Shown: in pieces, positions 22,328 to 32,001 of the stretch
How the letters are laid out: every line of letters begins with the position of its first letter
How positions within the stretch are numbered: position 1 is the first letter of the stretch
NCBI GenBank assembly: GCA_004322205.1
Contig: SCSN01000005.1
Coordinates: 6,642-70,641 of the forward strand
Direction: 5' to 3'
Length of the DNA: 64,000 nucleotides
Source of the DNA: Patescibacteria group bacterium
GTDB lineage: Bacteria; Patescibacteriota; Minisyncoccia; Phycocordibacterales; Zambryskibacteraceae
Made by a program: the position numbers and the translations under genes
Notes under the pieces: model-generated
Database searches by the model: none
Told to the model about the DNA's origin: nothing
Seen by the model: only the letters and a program-made list of their open reading frames with translations

Positions 22328-22611
22328 TGGGCCTCTCTAACATTTGCTCCATCAGCAGTCTCTGTTATTGACGGAGGAGCGGCGGATTGAGAGCCGTCAT
22401 GTTCAACAAAAGAAGTTTCCTCTCGAGAGGAAGCGCCAAGTCTTCTCCTTCGAGTCGAGAGGCGGCGTCGAACAGAAGTATGAATCGAGATTGCGATGAG
22501 TCCCGCCCCAGAGAGAAATACGAAAAACCACTTCCACGAAGACGGGAAGCCGGTAAAAGGCAGGAACATAAGCACTACGCCGATGCCGAAGACCAGACGG
22601 TGTTTAGCCAT
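22324..22611 (-). CDS. Small 2-TM membrane protein
   Basis: LPFTGFPSSWK hairpin; TATAAT 8 nt upstream of ATG; overlaps next start. Confidence 0.7.
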   Translation of the reverse strand: MAKHRLVFGIGVVLMFLPFTGFPSSWKWFFVFLSGAGLIAISIHTSVRRRLSTRRRRLGASSREETSFVEHDGSQSAAPPSITETADGANVREAQ

Positions 22612-22651
22612 AGAAAATCATTATACGCGAGAGATACCCATGGGCAAAGAC

Positions 22652-23308
22652 CTAGAGAGCTGTGTCCAGAAAGGAATATTTCTGTGGAACAGAGAGGCTA
22701 TGTGAATTCATCCCGTCCCAGGCAATTTCACCGTTTACCACCAGACTTGTAGTTTTTGGCTGCCACTGCCGCTCGACGGCATTGATTCGCCTTGCAAGAC
22801 TCTCAAGGGTATCGTCTGGCTCAATAGGAACAGGGTAGCGGAAAAAGACAGGACCCTCATCATAGACGGGAGTAACAAAATGCATTGTAACTTCCGTGTG
22901 GGCCAGCTCTCCTTTTCGAAATGCTTCCAGCACCGCTTCATGAACATGAATCCCATACATCCCCTTGCCGCCAAAGCGCGGCAAGGGTCCCGGATGAATG
23001 TTAAATGTTTTCGATGGATCCAAACCAAGAACCAGCTTCAGCCACCCCGAAAGCGAAACCCATTGTGCACCGCTGGCACGAATAATTTTCTGATATTCGC
23101 CCGCCTCAAACGGTCCGGGGAAATAAACAAATGGAATGCCGAGCCGCTCTGCTCGCTCTCTCACGCCCCCATGCTCATGATTCGAGACAACTGCCACGAT
23201 TTCAAAATTCAAATCAGAATTATTCCGCGACTGAATTACTAAATTCTCAAAACCCGAACCACCTCCTGTTTTCGATCCAGAAGCAAAAACAATAATTTTC
23301 GGTTTCAT
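22652..23308 (-). CDS. purN: Phosphoribosylglycinamide formyltransferase family
   Basis: VFASG..GSGF, NIHPGPLPRFGGKGMYG..VH, HFVT..YDEGP. Confidence 0.85.
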   Translation of the reverse strand: MKPKIIVFASGSKTGGGSGFENLVIQSRNNSDLNFEIVAVVSNHEHGGVRERAERLGIPFVYFPGPFEAGEYQKIIRASGAQWVSLSGWLKLVLGLDPSKTFNIHPGPLPRFGGKGMYGIHVHEAVLEAFRKGELAHTEVTMHFVTPVYDEGPVFFRYPVPIEPDDTLESLARRINAVERQWQPKTTSLVVNGEIAWDGMNSHSLSVPQKYSFLDTAL

Positions 23309-23318
23309 GATAGAAAAG

Positions 23319-23390
23319 TGCGCGCGGAAAGGATCGAACTTTCGGCCTTCCCCTTATCAGAGGGATGCTCTACCACTGAGCTACGCGCGC
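23319..23390 (-). tRNA. tRNA-Ile(GAT), CCA not encoded
   Basis: GCGCGCG acceptor, TAGCTCAGTGGTAGAGC D arm, TCCCT-CTGATAA-GGGGA anticodon arm, GTTCGATCC T loop. Confidence 0.95.
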
Positions 23391-23483
23391 AAACGATCAA
23401 GCAAAACCAAGATAACAAAAACTCACACAAAATGAAAGAGCCCGATTCCCCCGCTATGGGAATCGGGCCCGCTTCGCTCGCCC

Positions 23484-23615
23484 TCAGAAGAACCAGGTGA
23501 CGTCAAGAGCGATGAGAGTGAAGAGTGCGATGACGATGAGCCATGGCAACCACTTGGGCCACCTTCGCTCATCTTGCTGCGAAAGCGGCGTTCCGTCTGC
23601 CTGCCAATGTAGCAT
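23484..23615 (-). CDS. 43-aa single-TM peptide
   Basis: MLHWQADG...WLPWLIVIALFTLIALDVTWFF; AGGAG RBS, TTGACT/TATAAT promoter at 23644-23673, hairpin at 23438-23470. Confidence 0.55.
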   Translation of the reverse strand: MLHWQADGTPLSQQDERRWPKWLPWLIVIALFTLIALDVTWFF

Positions 23616-23841
23616 GCGAAGCTCCTGTTTAGGTCCGCCTGTAATTATATCACATCTCAGTATAAAAAGTCAAACACTAAAATACGCCTAAAAATGAAGC
23701 TCTTTTGACAGGTAAAAATAACAAGCGACATTTTCACTTCTCCCCCATAGACTGCCAAAAGAGCGAAATCCCGCCCCTCACATGCACGCATGTGAGGGGC
23801 ATGGATAAGGATAAAACGAAAAGGGACAGCCGAAGCTGTCC

Positions 23842-24018
23842 CTACCACCGGTTCACAAAATTCGTCACCCACGGGACGAGAATCCTTCTTACCACCTCTG
23901 TCCCGAGAGTGATGCTGGTGATAACCACCGCGATCACCACAAACACCCCCGGCAAGAGATCAAACCCACTGATCTCACCGTCATCGTCATTGCCCAGACG
24001 AACCAGATCTTGACTCAT
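23842..24018 (-). CDS. 58-aa single-TM peptide
   Basis: MSQDLVRLGNDDDGE...GVFVVIAVVITSITLG...; TTGACT..TATAAA promoter upstream, hairpin at 23822-23843. Confidence 0.55.
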   Translation of the reverse strand: MSQDLVRLGNDDDGEISGFDLLPGVFVVIAVVITSITLGTEVVRRILVPWVTNFVNRW

Positions 24019-24094
24019 GGTTCCCCCCCGGTGAAAAGTGAAAGTGCAAATCTTCTATCTTTATATCACGATTTATTTTTTAGTCAAGAAAATT

Positions 24095-24127
24095 AAACCC
24101 CGTCCCGCAAAATGCGGGACGGGGTTT
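24095..24127 (-). terminator. Intrinsic terminator of the 16S unit
   Basis: AAACCCCGTCCCGCA-TTT-TGCGGGACGGGGTTT followed by a T-rich tract on the minus strand. Confidence 0.75.
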
Positions 24128-24440
24128 ACTATCCTCTTTTTTGTTCCGTTCTGCCAATTCGATTTATCGAATTGAGCATCCGCCATAGCTTAAGCGAACT
24201 TAAGCGAAGGCGGACTTTCGTTACCGATTTTATGATTCGGCAATCACTCCGATCTTACATGGACCGGGGATCGACACTGTAAGCCCCGCCTGCGCGGAGC
24301 GTTTTTCACTTGAATTACTCCACGAGCAGCTTCCGCTACCCGTGCCTTGTTACGACTTGGTCCTTGTCATTGAGCTTACCTTAGCCCCCGCGGACGCGGG
24401 GGTTTCGGGTACTCCCAACTCCCCTGACCTGACGGGCGGT

Positions 24441-25432
24441 ATTGAGATCGAATACTCGTTTCCGAGTGGGTCGTCTCACACCACTGGGCGAGCGGTTTTC
24501 CCGCACCCTAGCGGTTTCCATAGGTTTTTGCTTTCTTTCCATTAGCACGAATGTGGTCTCGTAATCGAACGATTCTTTCAAATCCCTTATCGCTCAAATG
24601 TTCTTTATTGCAGACCATTAGAACAACGGATTTGAATAACTTGTACGACTTCGCTTTCTTCGCCTGTAACGGATAGCGATCAAGGAATGGGAAGAGATAC
24701 TCCTTCATGTCCCAAATGCTTGTAATTTTGTACTTAGCATGAGGGAACCATCCATATCTCTCATATGAGAGATCGTATATCCTTCCCGCTCCAATGGTTA
24801 TTAGGATTCTCTCAAGGATTTCTTGATCATCCTTCCGAACTTCTATTTCAAACTCTGGACGGACTTCAAAACCTCTTTTTAAGGTTTTGTGTTTCCCAAT
24901 ACTTATCGAGAACGAGCCTTCGCCGTCGATGAATCCGACAACATGGTGCGGATTTAGCTTTTCCCTACGAATTTGTTCCTTTCCATACGGCTTCTGCAAC
25001 TTCAGGTTGCGTCTTCGATCTTTTGGAGACCAAAGACGCTGCCGTCTGGTACTACGAACTCTGCTGACTTCTTGCATAACGTTTACAGCAATCGCTTGCC
25101 GCATACTCTCGATGTTAGTTTACATTGAGATTATACAAGATCTCCCATGGTAACCCTGTGGACAATTTCTTCTCATCTCGATGCCACGATACGCTTATCG
25201 AATTTTTCACAGAAGGTTTCTCCATGTACTCGCAGGATAACCTCCGATAAGCGCCATTACTGGCATCCAAGCTAAGAAATGCTACTTTACCCCTTCAATC
25301 TAAATCCTCGCGGAAATAAATCTGGTATTTCGCTTCAAAACACTGTGAATTGTTTTGGTTGGACTTCCTCGCCCTCCGTAGCTTTAACGAAGGACGGGTC
25401 ACCAACTTGCACACAAGATCGCATGGCGACCC
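24441..25432 (-). mobile_element. Group II intron in 16S (~E. coli 1397)
   Basis: Interrupts TTGTACTC|ACCGCCCGTC; ends in AT; DV-like ACCGC..GAAA..GTGGT and DVI hairpin; EBS1 GAGTACA (25231-25225) complementary to exon end TGTACTC. Confidence 0.85.
24508..25104 (-). CDS. LAGLIDADG homing endonuclease (single motif), intron-encoded
   Basis: VVGFIDGEGSFSI, PFLDRYPLQAKK, HLSDKG. Confidence 0.92.
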   Translation of the reverse strand: MRQAIAVNVMQEVSRVRSTRRQRLWSPKDRRRNLKLQKPYGKEQIRREKLNPHHVVGFIDGEGSFSISIGKHKTLKRGFEVRPEFEIEVRKDDQEILERILITIGAGRIYDLSYERYGWFPHAKYKITSIWDMKEYLFPFLDRYPLQAKKAKSYKLFKSVVLMVCNKEHLSDKGFERIVRLRDHIRANGKKAKTYGNR

Positions 25433-25897
25433 GAGTACAAGACTTGAGAACGTATTCACCGCGGTATAGCTGACCCGCGATTACTAGCAATTCCGGCTTC
25501 ATGAGGTCGAGTTGCAGCCCTCAATCCGAACTGGCGCCGCTTTTCTTAGGATTGGCTCAGGGTTACCCCGTCGCGACCCGTTGTAGCGGCGATTGTATTA
25601 TGTGTGTGGCCCAGGGCATCAGAGGGCCATGCGGACTTGGCGTCATCCTCACCTTCCTCCCCCGTGAAGGGGCAGTCTCGCCTGACAAATATAACAGGCA
25701 ACGAGGGTTGCGTTCGTTACCCCACTGAAGGGAACAACTCAGATCACGAACTGACGACAGCCATGCAGCACCTGCCCCGCCGTCCTTGCGGACTGCCCGC
25801 TTTCGCGGACATTCGTCGGGGTTTCAAGCCCTGGTAAGGTTTTTCGTTTACCATCGAATTGAACCACATAATCCACTGCTTGTGCAAGTCCCCGTCT

Positions 25898-25929
<32 letters not shown>

Positions 25930-26030
25930 ACCCAGGCGGATCGCTTAACGCGTTAGCTTCGCCTCTCAGAGGGTCGATACTCCGAAAAGCCAGCGATCAT
26001 CGTTTAGGGCGTAGACTACTGGGGTATCTA

Positions 26031-26830
26031 CAATATGTTACTGCCTGACAAACAGCTTTTAGGTTTTAGCTATAAGCCGTTAGTAAATGCAGATGCGGAT
26101 ATTTCTACCGCATTCTCATAGTCGCCTATGAGTTCGGACTATATCTTCTCCCCACCAGTTTTACTTCCGTAAAACTAGTGGGGGGCTTGGCGTTTAGTCT
26201 CTGAGGGGAACACAAGGTTTACTTTCTTCAAACAGTACAATTTCATCGCCTCTGCTCAGGATCTTGACGAGTTTCACTGGAACATCTCTTACATGAGGGC
26301 TTCGAGATAGGCGGCAATCTGCCTTCTCTTTAGCCTCCCAATCCGAAGACGCTTCAAAGTCCTCGAACTGCATCGTTATCTGAGTCTCAGGGCCTAACCC
26401 GCATTGTAACGGTCGGCGAAGAGTCGCAATCCTTCGATGCTCGAAGTGGTATTTCATACTACCTCCTTTATGTTCTTCCCTGCTGATTGTCCGCACCGGA
26501 TGGATTTTCACTTTCTGCCAATTTGATCAGAGAGTACCACCGGATACTATTCGGATTTTCCAGCATATAGCTCACGCCGTCGCCTCGCGGCCATGGCGGA
26601 TTCGCGTTCCGATAAATCGGAACGGAACAAGTTTATATTCCGACATTGCTGCCGGACGGAACTAACACTCAACGTACCCCTACGCTTCGTCTGATTTTGA
26701 TTTGCATCTCCACCAGAACGAGCATACTTTTTTGAAAAGACTTCGCGCAGGCCGATGAGGCCGAGCGAGAAGAAAAATTTCACCAGAAATTTATTCTGGT
26801 CTTTTCAAAAAATGTATGCGAGTGATTCTA
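26031..26830 (-). mobile_element. Group I intron in 16S at S788
   Basis: Interrupts GGGAT|TAGATACCC (exon ends U, intron ends G); P TGCTGGAAA, Q AATCAGCAGG, R TCAGAGACTA, S AAGATATAGTCC. Confidence 0.92.
26194..26457 (-). CDS. 87-aa intron-encoded protein of unknown function
   Basis: Perfect AAGGAGGT RBS; lies between Q and R elements; stop codon falls in the R element; no endonuclease motif seen. Confidence 0.6.
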   Translation of the reverse strand: MKYHFEHRRIATLRRPLQCGLGPETQITMQFEDFEASSDWEAKEKADCRLSRSPHVRDVPVKLVKILSRGDEIVLFEESKPCVPLRD

Positions 26831-27483
26831 ATCCCATTCGCTACCTACGCTTTCGTGTTTCAGCGTTAGGAATGCGCCAGTGCACTGCCTTCGCTTTCGG
26901 TGTTCCCCATGATATCAACGGATTTCACCCCTACACCATGAGTTCCGTGCACCCCTCACACCCTCGAGCTGTGCCGTTTCTCCCGCGCGCCCCCGGTTAG
27001 GCCGGGGGATTTTACAGGAGACTAACACAACCGCCTACACACGCTTTACGCCCAGTGATTCCGGATAACGCTTGGGGCACTCGTATTACCGCTGCTGCTG
27101 GCACGAGTTTAGCAACCCCTTATTCGCCGGGTACTGTCAATAAACTTCATCCCCGGCAAAAGGTGTTTACGTCCCAGAGGGACTTCATCCACCACGCGGC
27201 GTCGCTCGATCAGGCTTTCGCCCATTGTCGAATATTCTCGGCTGCAGCCACCCGTAGGTGTATGGACCGTGTCTCAGTTCCATCGGTGGGGAACAGGCTC
27301 TCACCCCCCCTAGCCGTCATTGCCTTGGTAGGCCATTGCCCTACCAACAAGCTGATAGCCCGCAGGCCGCTCCCAAAGCGTCCGAAGACTTTGGTGTTGC
27401 CACCGCATCGGGAATTACCCCGCCTTTCGGCGAGCTATGCCCGACTTTGGGGTGCGTTCCTACGTGTTACTACCTCGTCTGCC

Positions 27484-27620
27484 GGTGATGCACCTCGCAA
27501 AACCTCGGTGCGAGTCTTAAAGTCGAAAGTCTGTAAAGTCCATAAAGTAAGAATTTTACTTTATGGACTTTATGACTTTATAAACTTTTGACTTGCATCG
27601 AACCTTCGTGAGATGCACCC
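27484..27620. repeat. AAAGTC/GACTTT repeat hairpin extending 16S helix 6 (V1)
   Basis: taaagtccataaagtaa...ttactttatggacttta long stem between conserved V1 flanks. Confidence 0.8.
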
Positions 27621-28012
27621 CCTTGACTTGCATGCCTTATCCACGCCGCCAGCGTTCATCCTGAGCTAGGATCAAACTCTCAATAAAAGTCCAGAATTTT
27701 CGAGTCTCGCAAACGCGAGGCGAAGAAAATTATGATGACTTTTTTGACCCCGCCCTCTGACAGAGGGCGGGGTTCTCAAAACAGCATGCCAAAATTTTTT
27801 GCCGAAGCTCAAATTTTGGGCTGTTTTGGAACGGAACAAAAGAGAGAATAGTATCTTGTATCTTTTGAGTCGCAATTCAGGGTCTGTCCTCGCTCATCAC
27901 TTTATTTTTGGGGACTTGCCCCGTGAGATGGCGCCCCGCGTATGCGGGGCTATCTCATTGGGTTTCAAGTCACTTGCCTCACCCGTCGTGAAGCAAGATT
28001 TTTTCTTGCACT

Positions 28013-28086
28013 GAATTGTCAAAGAACTTGTCACCTCGCCTAGAGGGGACGCGGGATAATTATATGCGAGAAAAACATTGAGTCAA
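28013..28086 (-). promoter_or_regulatory. 16S promoter and boxA
   Basis: TTGACT-16 nt-TATAAT (28086-28059); boxA-like TTCTTTGACAA at 28026-28016. Confidence 0.8.
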
Positions 28087-28108
28087 GTAGTCCAATACCC
28101 TAAAACCC

Positions 28109-29020
28109 CTATCTCTTTTTCTGAATTCGTTCAAACAAAACCAGTAACGGAGAGGCAAGAAAAATTGAGGAATAGGTGCCAGCAACAATACCGACGAGGA
28201 GTGTGAAAGCGAAAGCGCTGGTTGATTCGCTGCCGATAAAATAGAGTGCCACAAGAACAAGAAAGATAGTCAAAGAGGTGTTTATCGAACGAGTGAAAGT
28301 TTGTGCTACGCTCCGCCCGACCGTATCGGAGAATTCCTCATGGCGGCGCTCTTCTTCACTGACTCGCAGGTTCTCGCGGACACGGTCAAAAACAACGATA
28401 GTGTCATGCACCGAGTATCCGAGGATAGCTAGAAGAGCGGTGACAAACAGCAAATCTATTTCTGCTCCCGTCGCTTTGGCATAGATTGCATAAGCCCCGG
28501 CTGGCACCGCCACGTCGTGCGCCAGAGCAATAATCGTTGCCAGTCCATACTTCCACGACGGCACCGGGCGAGAGATTTTGCGAAAAGCAAAGGTGATAAA
28601 GAGAACAATGCCGACTATAACCACGGTGATTGCAATGATAGATTTTCTCTTGAGATTCTCTCCCACCACCGGGCCGACGGAACTGAAGCGTTCCTCGAAA
28701 AGTTTTTTTGCTCCTTCAAGCGAGAGCGCCTCAATGGCTTTTGTCTTTTCCTCTGGAGTCAGTTCTCTAGCGCGCAAGACGAAATTGTTCCCTCCCGAAG
28801 GACGCAGAGAAAAGTTTCCGATTGGAAGAGTACTAAAACGCAGACGAGCTTCAGAGAGCGAGGGACGGACATTCTCATAGCGGACCTCTAAGATAGAGCC
28901 GCCGACAAAATCCGTGCCGAAGGCCGGACGAACAAAAACCCAAGCGGTCAGAGAGCCAAGAACAAAAACAAGCGAGAGAGCGAAGAATATTTTTTTGTTT
29001 CTGACGATGAACATAATCAA
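28109..29020 (-). CDS. secF: Protein translocase subunit SecF
   Basis: GTDFVGG, VGPVVG, ALAHD, GYSVHDTIVVFDRVRE, RSINTS, GTYSSIF. Confidence 0.97.
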   Translation of the reverse strand: MIMFIVRNKKIFFALSLVFVLGSLTAWVFVRPAFGTDFVGGSILEVRYENVRPSLSEARLRFSTLPIGNFSLRPSGGNNFVLRARELTPEEKTKAIEALSLEGAKKLFEERFSSVGPVVGENLKRKSIIAITVVIVGIVLFITFAFRKISRPVPSWKYGLATIIALAHDVAVPAGAYAIYAKATGAEIDLLFVTALLAILGYSVHDTIVVFDRVRENLRVSEEERRHEEFSDTVGRSVAQTFTRSINTSLTIFLVLVALYFIGSESTSAFAFTLLVGIVAGTYSSIFLASPLLVLFERIQKKR

Positions 29021-30324
29021 CGCAACCCACTGCCAAACAAAAACCTAATAAGACTACTCTCGCTTTTGAAACTCAAAGCGAAAAGGAATGTTCGCGAGGC
29101 GGTGATGGCTGTAAACATTGAAACCAGAACTCCGATACCAAGCGTCAGAGCAAATCCTTTGACCGCCGAGGTGCCGAGCCAGAAGAGAACAACAGCAGTA
29201 ATGATACTTGAGATATTGGAGTCTCGAATAGAGAGCCAGGCTCGGTGGAACCCCTCGCGCATAGCATCGGCAAGCTTCTTGCCGCCGCGGAGTTCTTCTT
29301 TTGTCCGCTCGAAGATGAGAATGTTGGCGTCAACCGCCATGCCGATGGAGAGAATAAATCCGGCGACACCGGCGGCGGTCAGAGTCACCGGAATCAGCCG
29401 AAAGAGCGAAAGAGAAATGAGAACGTAGAGTGTCAGAGCTACAACTGAAACAATGCCCGGCAAGCGGTACCAGAGAATAAGAAAAGCGGCGACCAGAAGA
29501 AAACCAATGACACCAGCGCTCAATCCGGCGCGAAGAGCCGCTTCACCGAGAGTCGCCCCAATACTTTGAGTGCTCGAGAGTTCAATTGGCACCGGAAGAG
29601 CACCGAAGTTAAGCTGGCGGACAATTTCCCTGCCCGTTTTGGCATCGTAACCGGTAATCACTGCCGACCCATCGCGAATTTCCTCTTTGATGACCGGCGT
29701 CTGAAGCAGAACATGGTCGAGGAAAATACCGAGAACTTTGCCAACGTTGTCTCGCGTCACCCGAGCCAGAATCTCTTTGCCTTCCGAGTTAAACTCCAGA
29801 GCAACCAGAGGTTTGCCCGTGTTCTGATCAAATTGGAGCGAGGAGCGCCGTAGCAGGCGGCCGGTAATGCCGCTCGGAGCAAAAAGTGTCTCGAGAGAAG
29901 TAGTTGCAATTTCCTCATTCTCTAGCCGCTCGAAGGTTTCTGGCTTTTCCAAGCGAAACTCAAGAAGTGGGGTTTCGCCAAGCGCCCTCTTTGCTTCTTC
30001 AACATCCTTGTAGCCGGGAAGTTCGACAATCAAACGATGGTCAGGGTTACCGGAGAGAAGCCCTGCTTTTTCGACTTGGACAATTGGCTCGGAGACGCCG
30101 AAAATATTAACCCTTCGTTCAATGACATCTCGTAGTGTATCCATCGAAGAACCGATATCCTGCGAGGCAATTTCGGAGACCTCCGCCCGATAGACAAGCT
30201 CGGTGCCGCCGACCAAATCAAGCCCGAAGCGGAAAGGGAGTTTCTCTTTGGCGTAGAAGATAAAATAGCCAAGCAGGGCGAGAGAGAGGATAAGAACAGC
30301 ACTTCCGATTCGGTATTTGAGCAT
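29017..30324 (-). CDS. secD: Protein translocase subunit SecD
   Basis: GLDLVGG, RRVNIFGVSEP, GALPVP, IGMAVDANILIFER. Confidence 0.97.
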   Translation of the reverse strand: MLKYRIGSAVLILSLALLGYFIFYAKEKLPFRFGLDLVGGTELVYRAEVSEIASQDIGSSMDTLRDVIERRVNIFGVSEPIVQVEKAGLLSGNPDHRLIVELPGYKDVEEAKRALGETPLLEFRLEKPETFERLENEEIATTSLETLFAPSGITGRLLRRSSLQFDQNTGKPLVALEFNSEGKEILARVTRDNVGKVLGIFLDHVLLQTPVIKEEIRDGSAVITGYDAKTGREIVRQLNFGALPVPIELSSTQSIGATLGEAALRAGLSAGVIGFLLVAAFLILWYRLPGIVSVVALTLYVLISLSLFRLIPVTLTAAGVAGFILSIGMAVDANILIFERTKEELRGGKKLADAMREGFHRAWLSIRDSNISSIITAVVLFWLGTSAVKGFALTLGIGVLVSMFTAITASRTFLFALSFKSESSLIRFLFGSGLR

Positions 30325-30657
30325 GGTGATAGTATAGATTATTACATTCAAAAATCAACAAAGGTTGGGTGAAATTTTTTATATAACTGACTTAACATAA
30401 AAATCCTTTTTATTCTGTTTTATTCTGTTTCTAGTTTTCTAATTTTTCTAATTTAAATTTAAAATTTAACTTAATTTAATTCCTCACATCATGCTATCGT
30501 GCTATTTTTAAGCTATAGCTTAAAAATAGCATATTATGTATTTTGAAACATTCCCTATTCGACATCTCAAAAAATATATCGAGGTTAAACCTTGATATTA
30601 GTAATTTTCTAATTCGCGCGAATTAGAAAATAGCAAGCTAATCAGCTAGGGTTGAAC

Positions 30658-32001
30658 TCATATTCCCTCCCTCGATAACAAAATCTTTATTGTCCTTAAA
30701 GCAACTTTCAAGTCCAAGGTCAGAGAGCGGTTCTTGATGTAGTAGAGATCGTAAGAAAGTTTATTTTTGGTTTGGCTGACATTAGTTGCGTGATGGGCAT
30801 GCTCGCCATAGAGTTGAGCCCAGCCGGAAAGACCGGGTTTAATGAGATGCCGAACATTGTAATAAGGAATCTCTTTTTCGTAGTGCTTGACGAGTGACGG
30901 AATCTCCGGACGCGGACCGATCATGGAAAGGTTGCCCTTAAGTACATTCCAGACTTGAGGCAGTTCGTCTATACGAGTTCTTCGCAAAAACTTTCCAACT
31001 TTAGTCGGCTGCGGCGATTTGGCAATGCCTTCTGGGTCATTGTGCGACTTCAGACTTCTAAACTTCACAACTTTAAAAATTTTATTATTCTGCCCAACTC
31101 TCTCCTGCCAAAAAAGAATTGGACCGCCGTCATCCAGCTTAATGGCAATCACTACCAATGGATATAGCAGCAAAGAAATTATCCCTAGAATAAGAGCGAG
31201 CATAATGTCCATAGCGCGTTTCAAAATATCGTAGCTCTTCTGCGCTGCGCCTGAAATATTTTCGAGAAACCAGCTGTATTTCACAAGTGAGAGAGGAACC
31301 CGATCAAAAATGTCCTCGTAGATTTTGTGCATGTCAATAAAACGCACCTGCGAAAAGATGAGATTGTAGAGCGACGGCAGAAGCGGCTCAACCTTCTCGC
31401 TTCGGAAATCAGCCGCAATAATATGCACATTTTCAGCGTATATTCGTTTGAGAATCTCCTCTTGAAAGTCAAAACCACCAATTTCGTCTAGCTCCAGAGA
31501 AGAAATAAAGTAGAGGTTGTAGCGCGTATTGTTGTTAACTTCTTCTTCGAGCTCTTTCATCTCTTCTCCAGTGCCGATGAGAATAGCATTTTGCTTCTCG
31601 GTTACTTCCAACGACGGAAAAAGATAAACTCGCCAGGCGAAAAGCAGCAAAAAAGAGAAAACAAGATAGATAAACAGATTGGTCTTAGGGGTAATGCCGA
31701 AATACGGAATTAGATAAAAGAAGAGAACGGCAATGAAACTATTGACAAGTTGAGTGTTGAGAATAAGACTCCCGATTCTTCCCTTGAGAAGCGAAGTGTG
31801 TTTTTCATAAAGGCCGGCAATAAAAAAAACGCCAATCCAGACTGCAAACAGAAAGGTGAAAGGAAGGAGGTGGGCTTGAAGTTTTGCTTCATCCGGGATA
31901 TTCCAGTAGCGAGCCGCTAGCATCGCCCAAAGCGAAAAATACAAGACGATAACATCGCCCAGAAGAAGCAGGAGCGGCTCACGTCTATGAGAAAACGTCA
32001 T
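30658..32001 (-). CDS. Undecaprenyl-phosphate sugar phosphotransferase (WcaJ/WbaP family)
   Basis: Four N-terminal TMs, KRAMDI, KFRSL, RIDELPQ, GPRPE, KPGLSGWAQ, DLYYI. Confidence 0.92.
   Translation of the reverse strand: MTFSHRREPLLLLLGDVIVLYFSLWAMLAARYWNIPDEAKLQAHLLPFTFLFAVWIGVFFIAGLYEKHTSLLKGRIGSLILNTQLVNSFIAVLFFYLIPYFGITPKTNLFIYLVFSFLLLFAWRVYLFPSLEVTEKQNAILIGTGEEMKELEEEVNNNTRYNLYFISSLELDEIGGFDFQEEILKRIYAENVHIIAADFRSEKVEPLLPSLYNLIFSQVRFIDMHKIYEDIFDRVPLSLVKYSWFLENISGAAQKSYDILKRAMDIMLALILGIISLLLYPLVVIAIKLDDGGPILFWQERVGQNNKIFKVVKFRSLKSHNDPEGIAKSPQPTKVGKFLRRTRIDELPQVWNVLKGNLSMIGPRPEIPSLVKHYEKEIPYYNVRHLIKPGLSGWAQLYGEHAHHATNVSQTKNKLSYDLYYIKNRSLTLDLKVALRTIKILLSREGI

Noticed and set aside
26605-26632. 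GAACGGAACAA match to the 16S processing stem inside the S788 intron
   Set aside because: Largely explained by a local palindrome (cgttccgat-aa-atcggaacg); an 11-nt match is not persuasive.
30390-30417. Chromosomal dif site
   Set aside because: Only one arm fits, and gene orientation does not change around it; mentioned only as a weak possibility.
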